DNA from: Eledone cirrhosa
Taxonomy: Eukaryota
Reading direction: 5' to 3'
NCBI GenBank assembly: GCA_964016885.1
Contig: OZ024740.1
Span: 321,656,001-321,720,000, forward strand
DNA length: 64,000 bases
Shown here: piece by piece, positions 25,129-37,004 of the stretch
How positions within the stretch are numbered: the first letter of the stretch is position 1
How the letters are laid out: every line of letters begins with the position of its first letter
Made by a program: the position numbers and the translations under genes
The notes under the pieces: model-generated
What the model saw: the letters and a program-made list of their open reading frames with translations, nothing else
What the model was told of the DNA's origin: nothing
The model's database searches: none

Positions 25129-26175
25129 CAACTAGAAATTGATTAACATATATGTAAGTATGCATGTATCGATGAAATTTCGTTTTCATTTTGTTTCGAT
25201 TAACATATAAATAATTGATTAACATATAAATAAACATGAATAATCACAGGAGATAATTTTTACAAGTGTGTAAGCACACATAGCTAGGTAGGTAACTAAA
25301 TAAAGTTAACTAGAACTTCAAAAATAGATACCTTATAATATGATATATACACATATATATGGCGACAAGGAAGGTCGCTTGACCACGTCTTGACCGAACA
25401 AAATATAATATTTTCACCAAAAACTGCCCTTTAAACACATGTCAGATGGATTACAATATTCATTATCATAATTACTTTCACTGTTCCCTGACAACTAGTA
25501 CCAGTTTCAAGATAGAATTATTTTAACGAAGTATATATAATTTGACTTGATTTTCGCCAACAAACCACGTGTGGACATGGACCGGGAAAAAAGGAAAAAA
25601 AACAAAACAAATCACTGCACCCCTTAAGGATCGCAGTAAGTACTCCGCAAAACATATAAACAACAATATACACACAGATTTATATACAGATATATACCAT
25701 ATGCATATACACACACGTGAAAAGAAACCACACTATTTCGTGTGAGACACTATACCGGCCAATTTTTCCAATTTACATTGGTAAAATATTTCTTAACACT
25801 GACCTCGCTTCTAACCCACATACACTTTTTAATTATATATATATATACTAGCAGCTGAAAGTTAATAATTTGAAAAAAAAAATATTATTGAAAGTTTACT
25901 ATAAAGAAGCAGTATCAGGGGTAAAAAACAAAAAGAAAACAACCTTATTTCGCTGTTAATAAACAACTGCCTTCTACAAGCACGTTTCATTTAACTTACG
26001 CAGCATATTTATTTGTTTACATGTAATGTAATTCAGACTCTTCTGTACACACACAACATTTAGGAAAACGGAAACAAAATACACAAAAAACAAAACAAAA
26101 AAAAACAGACATTTTATTTCTATCGTAATCAAGTGTGCTAAACCTATATTGTTTACATTCTGTGTTTTTCTACGG

Positions 26176-27112
26176 ATGGGTAGAAATAACAAAATTGCCA
26201 TGGTGATATCCATCGATGAAATATGCGACAAAACCGGCCGATGTCCCAAAATAGAACATTGCCCAGAAAATCACATCTGCCATATCTGTGCGGAACCCGA
26301 AAACTCGTTCCGTAATCGCTGGGTCGAATGTGGAACCTGTCGCATCTCTGTCTGCCTTCAATGCGCCACAGGCTTCCGGAGGATCCCAGGCCAAAAAAAG
26401 AGACATCATAATGCTATGATGGATGGAATATGGGAGATGGTCCAGCTAAAATCCTGGTCCTTTCAGTGTCTGGCCTGTGTGCCTGCCTCCACTAATGTTA
26501 TTAATGTTATTGAAAAACAACAACAACAACAACAACAAAAACCAATGACTGTCTTCCTCTACCATTGTTACTGAACAACGGCAAAAACCTATGACACTGG
26601 CTTCTACTGTTATTCCTGTGGGAGAACATCAGAAACAACAACAACCCATGTCTTCCACTCCCAGTACATCTCGACACCAACAACTGGTGACTGTGTCTTC
26701 CCCTACCATTCCCGTGGAGGAACATCATCATCACCAACAACAACAACAGCAAAAACCTGCGACTGTGTCCTCCCCTGCCATTCCCGTGGAGGAACATCAT
26801 CATCACCAACAACAACAACAACAGCAACAACCTGCGACTGTGTCCTCCCCTGCCATTCCCGTGGAGGAACATCATCATCACCAACAACGACAGCAGCAGC
26901 AGCAACAACAACAACAACCGACCAGTACAGATTTTGCGGAACTGCAACTAATGATTTCTGCTCTGAGAAGGGAAGTTGCAGGAATAGAGGCAAGCATTCG
27001 GGTAGGACCCCACAATGAGGGGTCTTATCGGAATGCCTTGCTAAAGAATCTCCCTGTACCTCTTGCTGAAAAGACTGAAAAGACTGCGGAATCTGCTACC
27101 CAGTCTGCGTGA
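26176..27112 (+). pseudogene. CR1-type LINE ORF1 (PHD-like finger plus Q/H-rich tandem repeats), frameshifted
   Basis: CHIC...WVECGTC..SVCLQC...FQCLAC, then repeated TVSSPAIPVEEHHHHQQQQ units and a coiled-coil-like segment. Confidence 0.7.
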
Positions 27113-27292
27113 TGATGGGCAGATCTGGAGGTTTGTCAAGGCTGGTGAAACGTGGAAGAGAGATACCAGCTGGTCTGAGTGTGATCTTCCCACAATAACT
27201 GGCAATGTAAAAACTGCTACAACTCTGGGAAACTAAACCAGAACAACCTGCCACCCTCTACACACCATCATAAACTGCGAGCAGGGTACAAA

Positions 27293-30065
27293 TTGTTGTC
27301 CTTAAATGCTCGCAGTTTATGCAACAAGATACATCTGTTCGAATCCTACGTCAGAAGCATCGACCCTGACTTCATCACAGTCACGGAAACATGGGCACAT
27401 TCCTTACTCTGTGATGGGGTTTTCACCATTACTGGGTACAACCTTTTCCGCAAGGACCGCATTAACCGCCGTGGTGGTGGTGTGATGGTCTACGTTCGTT
27501 CAAACTTTTCGGTAATTCCTTGCGTTGATTTGAACGAATCACAGGAAGAAGTTTTTTTTCTGTGACATACGTATGACCATGTCAACACTTCTGCTTGGTG
27601 TTGTTTATCGCCCCCCAAACTACCATCAGGACACACAGCTTTGCGATATCCTCAGAGTTGCTGCCAAGAAAACAGCCACTTATGTGTTTATTGCAGGTGA
27701 CTTCAATCATCCTGAGATCGATTGGGAAACCTTTCGTTGGCCACAGGGTGCAAACGATTTCCTTGAACTAGTGCTGGATTCAAACTGGTCACAAGTAGTC
27801 ACCTCTCCAACAAAAGGTGACAACACTTTGGACCTGATCTTCACCACTACTCCTGAAGTGGTTATCAGTTGTACTACTGAGGAACCTCTAGGCGACTCTG
27901 ATCATGCTATGATCATTGCCAATCTGGCACTTGAGGGCAGCAACAAAAACCAGAGCCATCTCCAATCTGCTTGCTTTGATTGGCAGAGGGCGGATTGGAA
28001 CTTGTACTGCACTGAGCTACAGCGCCCAAACTGGCATGAGATGTATAACTCTGGAGATGTGAACTCTATACTCCAGAGCATCCTGGACTCAATATGGATA
28101 GCGTGTGCAGCATCAGTGCCACGGAAGCGGAAAAATAACCACCCCAAAAGTGCAATCTGGGAAACTTCAGCGGTCCGACTTGCCAGGAAAGAACGTCGGA
28201 ACGCTGAACGGGAATATAAACTGCATAGATCAGATGCCAACAGAAAAAAGAGGAATAAATCTTCTAACCATCTCAAGCAAGTGACAAAGAAGGCAGTGCT
28301 TGAATTTGAACAGTGCATCGCAACCAATCCTGACAGTAAGGTGTTCTGGAAATATGTTCATTCAAAGCAGAGACCTCACTCTCCAGTTGGTCCTCTTCGC
28401 AATCCCCACACAAGCCAGATCACTGACGATCCCAAGGAATGCGCAGAACTCATTGCTGAGTGCTATGCAAGTATTTTTACTGTTGAAAACCAGAATGTAC
28501 CATCTCCACCATCTCTAACATCAAATTCCATAACAGCTATGGAATTTACACCTGCAATGTTGCGACGTCACCTTAAGAATAAGCGCAACTATGCCTCCCC
28601 TGGTCTTGATGGTGTGACATACCTGCTTCTCAAACGTGGCGGGGATTTCCTTTTGCGCCAGCTTTCTTTTTTCTTTCAATACTGTCTCAGCAATGGTGCT
28701 ACTCCGGAGCAGTGGAAAACTGCCAGTGTCATTCCCCTGTTCAAAAAGGGCAACCGCATGTCACCTGTCAACTATCGTCCAGTCAGTCTTACTAGCTGTA
28801 TGGCCAAACTGATGGAATCCTGTGTCAGAGAAACACTTTGGAACTTCTGGAGCTCTCACAGCCTCATCCGGCCCTCACAGTTTGGATTTATCCCTAACTC
28901 CAGCTGCTGTGATCAGCTTATCGAGTTCCTTGAGGACATCACCCGGATCACTGGCAGCGGCTCATGGGTGGATGTTGTTTACCTTGACTTTTCTAAGGCT
29001 TTTAATTCTGTGCCACACAAAAGACTTATGGCAAAACTCTCTGCAATGGGTGTGAGGGATGATCTTTTCGACTGGCTGAAATCCTTCATTCTCAGCCGAA
29101 AGGAAGTAGTCACGGTTCTAGGACAGCATTCTTCATATGAGATGTCATCTGGTGTACCACAGGGATCTGTTCTTGGTCCTCTTTTGTTTGTGGCATATAT
29201 TAATGACATAGATGCCAACTTACAGAATGCCACGGTACTAAAATATGCAGATGACATCAAACTGTACCTTGAAATCAAAAGGACTGATCCTGAAATTTAC
29301 AACTCTTTCCTACAATCAGACCTGGACACAATGCAGCAATGGATCACAGACTGGCAACTGAAGCTGGCTGTGGACAAGTGTACCACCATGCATTTTGGAA
29401 GGAAAAATCCAGCGTCCACATACTCCCTCCACAACACTGACATCAAAAAGTCCTCTTATGAACGTGACCTGGGCATTACTGTCAGCAACGATTTGAGTTG
29501 GACAAAGCATGTCTCTAAGATTGTCAAGAAGGCCGAGGGTGTCTTGGCATCACTCAGCAAGACCTTTGTTAGCCGCTCTCCAGCCATCTATTTAAAACTG
29601 TATACAGCTATGGTGCAACCACACTTGGAATTCGCATCATCAGTCTGGAACCCCTATCTTGCTCGGAACATTGACCTCCTGGAAACTGTTCAGAGACGTG
29701 CAACCAAGCGCATACCCTCCATCAGACACCTACCATACTCTGAACGCCTTGCTTCCCTGGGCATGGATTCATTGAAGCTCCGACGTCAGGCAATGGACTT
29801 GGTGAATTCCCACAAAGTTTTTTTTTTTTTTAACCATCTCGCCAACTGCAACCCTGAGCGCCTCTTTGATCTCCATGTGTCTAACACACGTGGACATGCC
29901 TACAAGATAAGAAAACAGTACAGCTCCCATGACTTTCGCAGACATTTTTTCACGCTCAGAGTTGCTGAAGCATGGAACAAACTGCCTGCGTCAATTGTTA
30001 GCTGCCGAGACACTGCATCCTTTAAGACACTCATGCTTCCCGAAATACGCCAAAACTACACCTGA
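27293..30065 (+). mobile_element. CR1-type LINE ORF2 (APE endonuclease plus RT), single frameshift at a poly-T near 27552-27560
   Basis: LNARSL, VTETW, GGGV, GDFNHP, SDH, YLDFSKAF, GVPQGSVLGP, YADD, RDLGI; 830-aa uninterrupted frame; 3' UTR with tandem repeats and a (TTA) tail to about 30360. Confidence 0.95.
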
Positions 30066-30714
30066 TGTACCCCTTCCATACACATGCACACATGTGTGTA
30101 TCATGACTCGTGCACTGTTCATTTTACTGATGTTTGTGCATTGCCCTATGTACTGTACATGCACTTTTTTGATGAGTTGTGGTGCACCTGGGCACTGTAC
30201 ACAATATTTCATTATTGTTATTGTTATTATATCATGACTCATACACTGTTCATTTTCCTGACATTTGTACATTATTCTATGTACTATACATGCACCTTTG
30301 ATGAGTTGTAGTGCACCTGAGCACTGTACACAATAATTTCATTATTATATTATTATTTTATGATTAATCATATTATAAAGTATCTATTTTCGAAGTTCTA
30401 GTTAACTTTATTTAGTTACCTACCTAGCTACGTGTGCTTACACACTTGTAAAAATTATCTCCTGTGATTATTCATGTTTATTTATATGTTAATCAATTTC
30501 TAGTTGTTATAAAATGCTCGGACCTATTCGTTAGAATCTTAGAGCTTATTTTGCGGGTGATATGGGGCATGCCTTTCTGGCATGACACCCATAATTTTGA
30601 TTTAGATTAAATTCATTTTGATTTATCTTAATTTTGGATATATATATATATATATAATTAATTATTGAGAGGGCGTGCGGTATCTTTGCACTGAATTAAT
30701 TAAAAGTTGGTTAG

Positions 30715-31094
30715 AAGCGAAGTCAATGCAGACATGCAGCCAGACAGACAGACATATTATAAGCGTGCGATGTTATGGCTATGTATCTAATGCAGACAGA
30801 CAGACATACAGAGACATATAAGGGCGCGACGTTATAGCTATGTATCTATCTAAAAAGACAGACTAAGAAAGAGAGAGGAATGTCGTATAACCGGAAGTGT
30901 TGACATTTGAAAATTTTAAAGTGAATATTTAAATAAACGATAAAATATCTTTTAACGAAATTTAGAAGACAAAAATACCCTCACTTTCTTACTTGGAAAA
31001 AGTTACATCTATGGTGCAAATTTGGTGCTTTTTGGTCCAGCCGTTTGGCGAAAAGTTTGTTACATACATACGGCCGTCAGCTTTATAATATAGA
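30715..31094 (-). mobile_element. Helitron 5' portion
   Basis: The minus strand starts TCTATATTATAAA; 30800-30870 matches 12700-12775. Confidence 0.7.
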
Positions 31095-31344
31095 ATTTTA
31101 TATAACCGTGAGTAAAACCTATTAAGATCTAAAAAAGCAAAAAAAAAAGCACAAAAACTTCTTACAGAATGAAATTATGAACACAAATAATAAATACAAT
31201 TAATTAATGCTAGGAACCTTATAAACATCTTTTCTTCTTCGCCCATTTATTCTTGGGAGGGTCGCGGGCAGAGAGGCTTCAAACACACACACATGAATAT
31301 AATGTACAAAATATATGATCAAAACGAGAAAAAAAAATCATAAA

Positions 31345-33108
31345 TTCAGCACCAAGTGCGTCAATCGATCACACACCACAAGGATCAACGGAAATTTTTG
31401 AGGCAAGCCAATACGCTGGTAGTATTACCGTGGGTCACGGCGAGGCTAAGGGACTGAAACAACCAGGCACCCTCACGGGCATCACCTGACACCTCGGTAA
31501 GGCGAGCCGTTAACGATGACAAGAACTTCGCTGTCAGCGGCCCAGCTCGACCAAAAGTTAAAGCGAGATGGTCGTGTTGGTAGTTAATTGTGTTGTGGTG
31601 TTGATTCATTTGTTTCGTGCTTATAGCTTGCTGTGTTGTGTGGTCACTGTTGTGTGATACAGTGTGACCAGAGGTTGCATGTGTGCAAGTAAGTGTTCAA
31701 TAAGATGATGATGATATGATAGTTCTTTGATCACGCAGAAAATGAATATATATAAATGAACCACGATGACACCAAACCTCTATATAATTAATTTATTGAA
31801 AATAGCTCACGCCGAAGCTATACGAAAAATATACAAGAACTATGGACGTTATTTGTTTGTTTGTAAAAGTAGAATTAAATTGTATTTAGAAAGAAAACTT
31901 TATGAACTTCACTGGTTTGGTTGAGAGAGAGACCAAGAGATAGAGATTGAGTAAAAGAGAGTAAGAGTCTGTAAGAGTCAGGTAAACCCAAAGATTCCGT
32001 GGAAAGCAAATACTTACATGTTTACTTTATCAAGAATCGCTCGGACACTGCCTGGCCTGGTCTAAGGCAGGCTATTTATCTATGTCGCTTCCTTTGCCTC
32101 CAAGACTTGAGAACAAAGGGCTGACCTTTCGAGGCCTTCCAATCTCAGACCTGTTGACGTCCGAAGGGAAATAACCCAGAAAATGACCGTTAAATGTCAC
32201 CCAGGGGTCAAGGTGTGGACAGATTTCGCTACAAAATCTCGAACGCCACAGGTTAGAGAAAATAATTATTTGATAGATCCTGGTATTTTAGGATTTTATT
32301 CCGTCCGGCTACGGAAGCAGTGACCCTCTTATTTATTGCGCCATCCACGATGTGGGAGGGAGCAAATGAGTCACTGACTGAGGCGTCCCAGATGAGACAC
32401 CTGCCTCTTACTCAGGGACAAAGGGTATGACTATCTGGTCTGTTCTTATAACCTCTGGATAATCCAGCCGGCCCCAGAACTGAGAGGATATTTGCCCGAG
32501 TTTGTGCCCACTTAATGATCAGGTTTAGCTCGGTGTGGCGGCCGAAACGACCAGCATTCAGGCGGCAGGACAAACCATGGAGACCTGTGGAGTCGGGGGA
32601 CCTATTACAGCGACATCTCAGACTCCCAGAGACATGGGCTCCCACTCAGAGTGCAATGGAAATGCGAAGCTCATCCTGACTGAGAAGACCACAAATGTTA
32701 GCCACAGGCAGGGCATCAATCCAGTTCCCCGAGAACTTTGTGCTGGCAGAAAGTAAGCGGCACCTAGAAAATTGATCAGAATGATAAAAGAGAGAGTTTA
32801 ATATTTCGCTCGAACGCAGATTGTCCCATACTATTTGCTTCCGTCTATCCTCATCAGTATCTGGAACTGACAAACCCAGCTCTCTCCACTGAAGTAAAGC
32901 TTCAACCATCTCTCTGGTGGAATTAGTTCATGTTGGAAAGGAGAGGGTGCCACCCACTAAAGGGGAGCAAGCGTGGGTTGAACAAAGAAAGCAAGGTAGA
33001 GACAAAGATGTGCATTTGCGCAGACTGAGACCTCCAAACTGTTTGCGTAAGGTAGCTTGGTCGCGGGACTCTGGAGAGAGTCGGACATTCGAGCTCACTG
33101 AATATTAG
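31345..33108 (-). mobile_element. Second CRE-like LINE relic, interrupted by a ~670-bp insert (about 31560-32232)
   Basis: Inverted homologue of 22400-23700 (GLHGLSCRLNAGRFGRHTELN, WLFQSLSLAVTHGN). Confidence 0.82.
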
Positions 33109-33339
33109 GTCATGAAAGCGGACGAGAATTTGTAAGAGAGACTATGTATATGTAACAATATCCGTAGGTGTGAAAGTTCGTCATATATATATATGACGGG
33201 TTTTCAAATATATATATATATGTGTGTGTTTGTGTGTGATTGAAGGGTGGGGTTGTCGTGGGTCCGTGTCACTGTTTACATTTGTGTCCCATAAATCAGC
33301 GATTTGACAAAAAACAAAACAAAAAAAAACATCGATGAA

Positions 33340-33770
33340 ATGTGTAGCTGACTTGAAAAATAAGTCCTGGGGTCGATATGATCGACTAAACTCCTTTAAT
33401 GTAGTACTCTGCAAGGCCGCAGTCTAATGACCGAAACAAGTAAAAGAATAAGCGTGTGTATGTGAGTGTAGGACCTCCCTTGATTCCGATGATGAGTGTT
33501 CCAGTTGTATGAACAATGTAACAGCCTACTCATGAAATTAACGTGCAAGAGACATGTGGCCATAGAACTCACTTCTCGGGGAGATTCAGCGTGACACAGT
33601 GAGTGACAAAGCTAACCTCCTTTGAACTACATGTACAACTCATTTTTATCAGCTAAGGGAAGTCGAGCAACGTGAAATAACACGCCTTGCTTACGGGTAT
33701 AACCGCCGGGAATAGAACTGATGACTTTACAATCGTGAGCCGAACACCCTAACGATCAAGCCATGCGCGT
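33340..33770. mobile_element. SINE fragments (3' tail on + at about 33340-33450; tRNA-headed SINE on - at about 33470-33770)
   Basis: GGCCGCAGTCTAATGACCGAAACAAGTAAAAGA tail; minus-strand head GCGCATGGCTTGATCGTTAGGGTGTTCGGCTCACGAT...AGTTCTATTCC. Confidence 0.6.
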
Positions 33771-33953
33771 TCCATTATAAATATATAATGATTTCTATAT
33801 TTACTTATTGTGGAAGGCGCATGTCTTGGTCGTTAACGTGTTCGATAAATGACAACATGTCTGGATTATATTTCAGGTAATAACTGTTTTGCATGATCAC
33901 CGTTATTATGGCTGCTAATTAAAGTGTAAGTGAAAGGAAGGGAGGGAGTAGCA

Positions 33954-34088
33954 ATGGGGGCTGGAAACACGAAAGCAGATGATTCTGTCAGTGCGAAATA
34001 TTTTGACGAAACGGAAAGGGATAAAATTACTCAACTTTTCCTAAGGATATCTAAAGGTAATGAGACATTTACCAGGGAGCAATACAAG
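33954..34088 (+). CDS. MEAK7: MEAK7/TLDC1 coding exon 1 (N-myristoylation-type start MGAGNT)
   Basis: ATG at 33954 and donor AAG|GTAAAT, phase 0. An acceptor TTTCAG at 33871-33876 implies an upstream non-coding exon. Confidence 0.82.
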
Positions 34089-34495
34089 GTAAATATTGAC
34101 CACATTTCCTATATAAATATATATATATATGCGATATATTTATCTATCTTCATCTTCATATGGCATAGACTCTTGTAACATAAGGTGTTATGTCTGTCTG
34201 TGTATATATACTTATATATTGATGTATATAAATTATATATATAGGTCTGTATTTATTATAATTATTTATTTTATTAATTTAAATGCCCGTGTAAAGCTTG
34301 TAATCTGTGACAGACCGAGAAAGGTATATAATAACCTTTATACACACGGACACATATATTATTTGATAGATGTAAACCTGATGGTCAAGCTTACGCGGTT
34401 TACGTGTATTAAATATTTACACTCTGTTTTCTTTATAGTATCGAATACCAAGTTGAATAATAGTCTCATTAGTCTGTCTAATTAGTAATACCTTT

Positions 34496-34606
<111 letters not shown>

Positions 34607-34630
34607 TGTAATAAACAACATAAGATAATT

Positions 34631-34693
34631 ATTTCATTTACCAGTGGTTTCTTGAAAGCAAACAAAATTTGCTTTCAGTCATCAGAATGAAAA
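34631..34693 (-). ncRNA. Type I hammerhead ribozyme (solo pLTR of the 2755 family) in MEAK7 intron 1, antisense
   Basis: The minus strand reads ttttcatt-CTGATGA-ctgaaagcaaa ttttg tttgctttcaa-GAAAC-cactg-GTA-aatgaaat, followed by a short tail and (TA)n(TG)n. Confidence 0.8.
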
Positions 34694-35291
34694 TATCCTG
34701 GTGTATTTATTGACAGTGGATTTTAAAAACTTATATATATATATATAAACACGCATATGAATGACAATGCTGTATTTTATCAAAACATTAATATAAGCCA
34801 GAAACAATGGTGGAAAAATGCTTTTATTATATATTTTTTATCGTCGTTATTTTCTGTTTCCTCCTGATAAATCCGCTATATTTATCAAACTACTGGATTT
34901 ATTAAATGTTGTTTTATAAAGGATAAAAGATGCGCAAAGAAAAAAGTAAAAATGAAAGCGCTTGTAGCAGTTACACCTTTTTTTTTTTTTTTGCATCGTT
35001 AATTTATTGGCTAGATAAACATTATTAGTTATATTTTAAAACAAAAGGAAAAATAAACTGTGTAACAGCTAAGCTTGTTTAATTAAATATTAATCGTTTG
35101 TAAACAAAATTGAAACAGAAAAGATATTGATCCCGCATTTTCTGCTTACCTGGCATACAGACACATAAAATAATCCAGCATTAACTGAATGAGCATTCAA
35201 TAACTGAGAAAGTATAAAGATGATTTTTTTAAAAAGAAAAATGATTGTAGTGACTTCGAAGTTTCGGCGTTGATATCACCGTCTCTCTTTC

Positions 35292-35341
<50 letters not shown>

Positions 35342-35344
<3 letters not shown>

Positions 35345-35852
35345 TGCTATGACATGCTATCAGGTGCCCTACCTGGGTATTGAACTCACACAATTTTATT
35401 AGAAATACTTGAATATAAAACATAATATATATCATCATAAAAAATCTAATATAGAAATGAGTTGTTTTTTCCCACTCCCCGATTTAACTCGGGATCTACC
35501 CACTATCACACATATTGTGCACGTGTATTGTATGCTAAAGTAACAAATATCCCAGATTCTGTAGTTGGTTATCTGTTGTGAAATTGTGCGTGTTTATTAC
35601 TGAACGCTGTTTCAAGAAATTGTTTTACTTTCCTCCTGGAATCTTCTATATATTTCATGACAGTCCATGTGAAGCAAAAACTAAGTATTCTAGTCAAATT
35701 CTATAATTTTATTTGTAATTGTATCCCTCATCCCCATTGTGTACTCTACTGTTTATTATAACCAAATATTATGTTTTATATTCAAGTATTTTTAATAAAA
35801 TTGTGTGAGTTCAATGTGCAGGTAGGGTACTTGATCGTATGTCATAGCAGAA
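35342..35852. mobile_element. MITE-like element with ~88-bp inverted repeats
   Basis: 35342-35430 is the reverse complement of 35765-35852; the same pseudo-peptide appears on opposite strands in the ORF track. Confidence 0.75.
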
Positions 35853-37004
35853 GATACTTATATAAACTTTGTTGTTTATCAGCTCCTGGATATTTATTTT
35901 GTTGCATGTTTGAGATTGATCTTCTCACCATATGTCATCGTTATAATCTATATTGTACTATAGATTATATAGAATTTAGCTAAATTTTGTATCAGACCTG
36001 TCAAATGCCACCGTCCGACGGGGAGATCTCCTAACCACTTAGGGTAGGTGAGAGATGTCTTCTCTTGTGAAGTAGGATATAGCTTTCGTTATGTAAGCTT
36101 CATTTCTCCCCGTTTTCGTGCACTTTTTATCATGGTACTTCCTGTTTGGGTTTTTAGAGGTTGGCGGGTCTGATGTATATATAGGCAGATATAAACATCT
36201 TGCCTTTATATACGTTGTTTCAACGCTAAACTGTACTATAGAATGTAGATATATATTTTTATCCAACTCTGTATGTATCATCATCATCATCATCCGGTGG
36301 CCTCAGCCAAAATCGACTCAACAATTGATCTCCACGCATGATCTCCACGCATGGTCAGCTTGCAATAAGATGGATCGAGTTTGGTGCTCAAATCTTCCAA
36401 CCACACCAAAATCAAACTCTTCCAAGTAACAATTCAACCAACCTTACTATATTGAAGTGAAACATGGACGCTTTCATCCAAACAGCAAAAACACCTTGAT
36501 GGCACCTACACTCCCCTACTTTGACATAAGCTGTATGTATAGACAGACGTAAACATCTTATCTGTATATACAGTATCTTAGTTTTGTGTCAATGCTATAT
36601 TGTGCTAAAAATATACAGAGAGAGTTTAGCCAACATTGTTTGTATAGACAGACGTAAACATCTTACGTGTATATTAATATCTTTGAACTGAAAAAGAAAG
36701 ATTAACTGAACTTGTTTCAATCTTGTGTTGGGATTTCACCAGTAACTGAGTATCCTTTTCAATTGTCCTCAGACATTATTTATAAGCCCACAATATCTAA
36801 GGGTGAAAAAACAACAAAACCACTCATGAGGAAACTATTTAATGACTCATTCATTAAACTTCATTCCAAGATATTTTTTAAAAAATGAGAAAAATAACGG
36901 TTATCTCCTCATCAGAAAAATGTGTTTACCAAAACCTACATTCCAAAGAAATATTTAATCTGTTCATCCTGTAGAATCACTACTTACTAGATGTTACCTT
37001 TATA

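Larger units (their letters stand above)
25125..30510. repeat. Long inverted repeats (about 145 bp; 25125-25344 and 30367-30510) bracketing the CR1 LINE
   Basis: ATAAACATGAATAATCACAGGAG...ATAATATGAT and its reverse complement; the left arm has an internal insertion/duplication. Confidence 0.85.

Noticed and set aside
33930-33953. ORF-track N-terminal extension of MEAK7 from a GTG start
   Set aside because: The ATG at 33954 gives the Met-Gly start expected for this family.
36880-36920. Minus-strand CTGATGA followed by a hairpin
   Set aside because: No GAAA or stem III follows; at best a truncated remnant.
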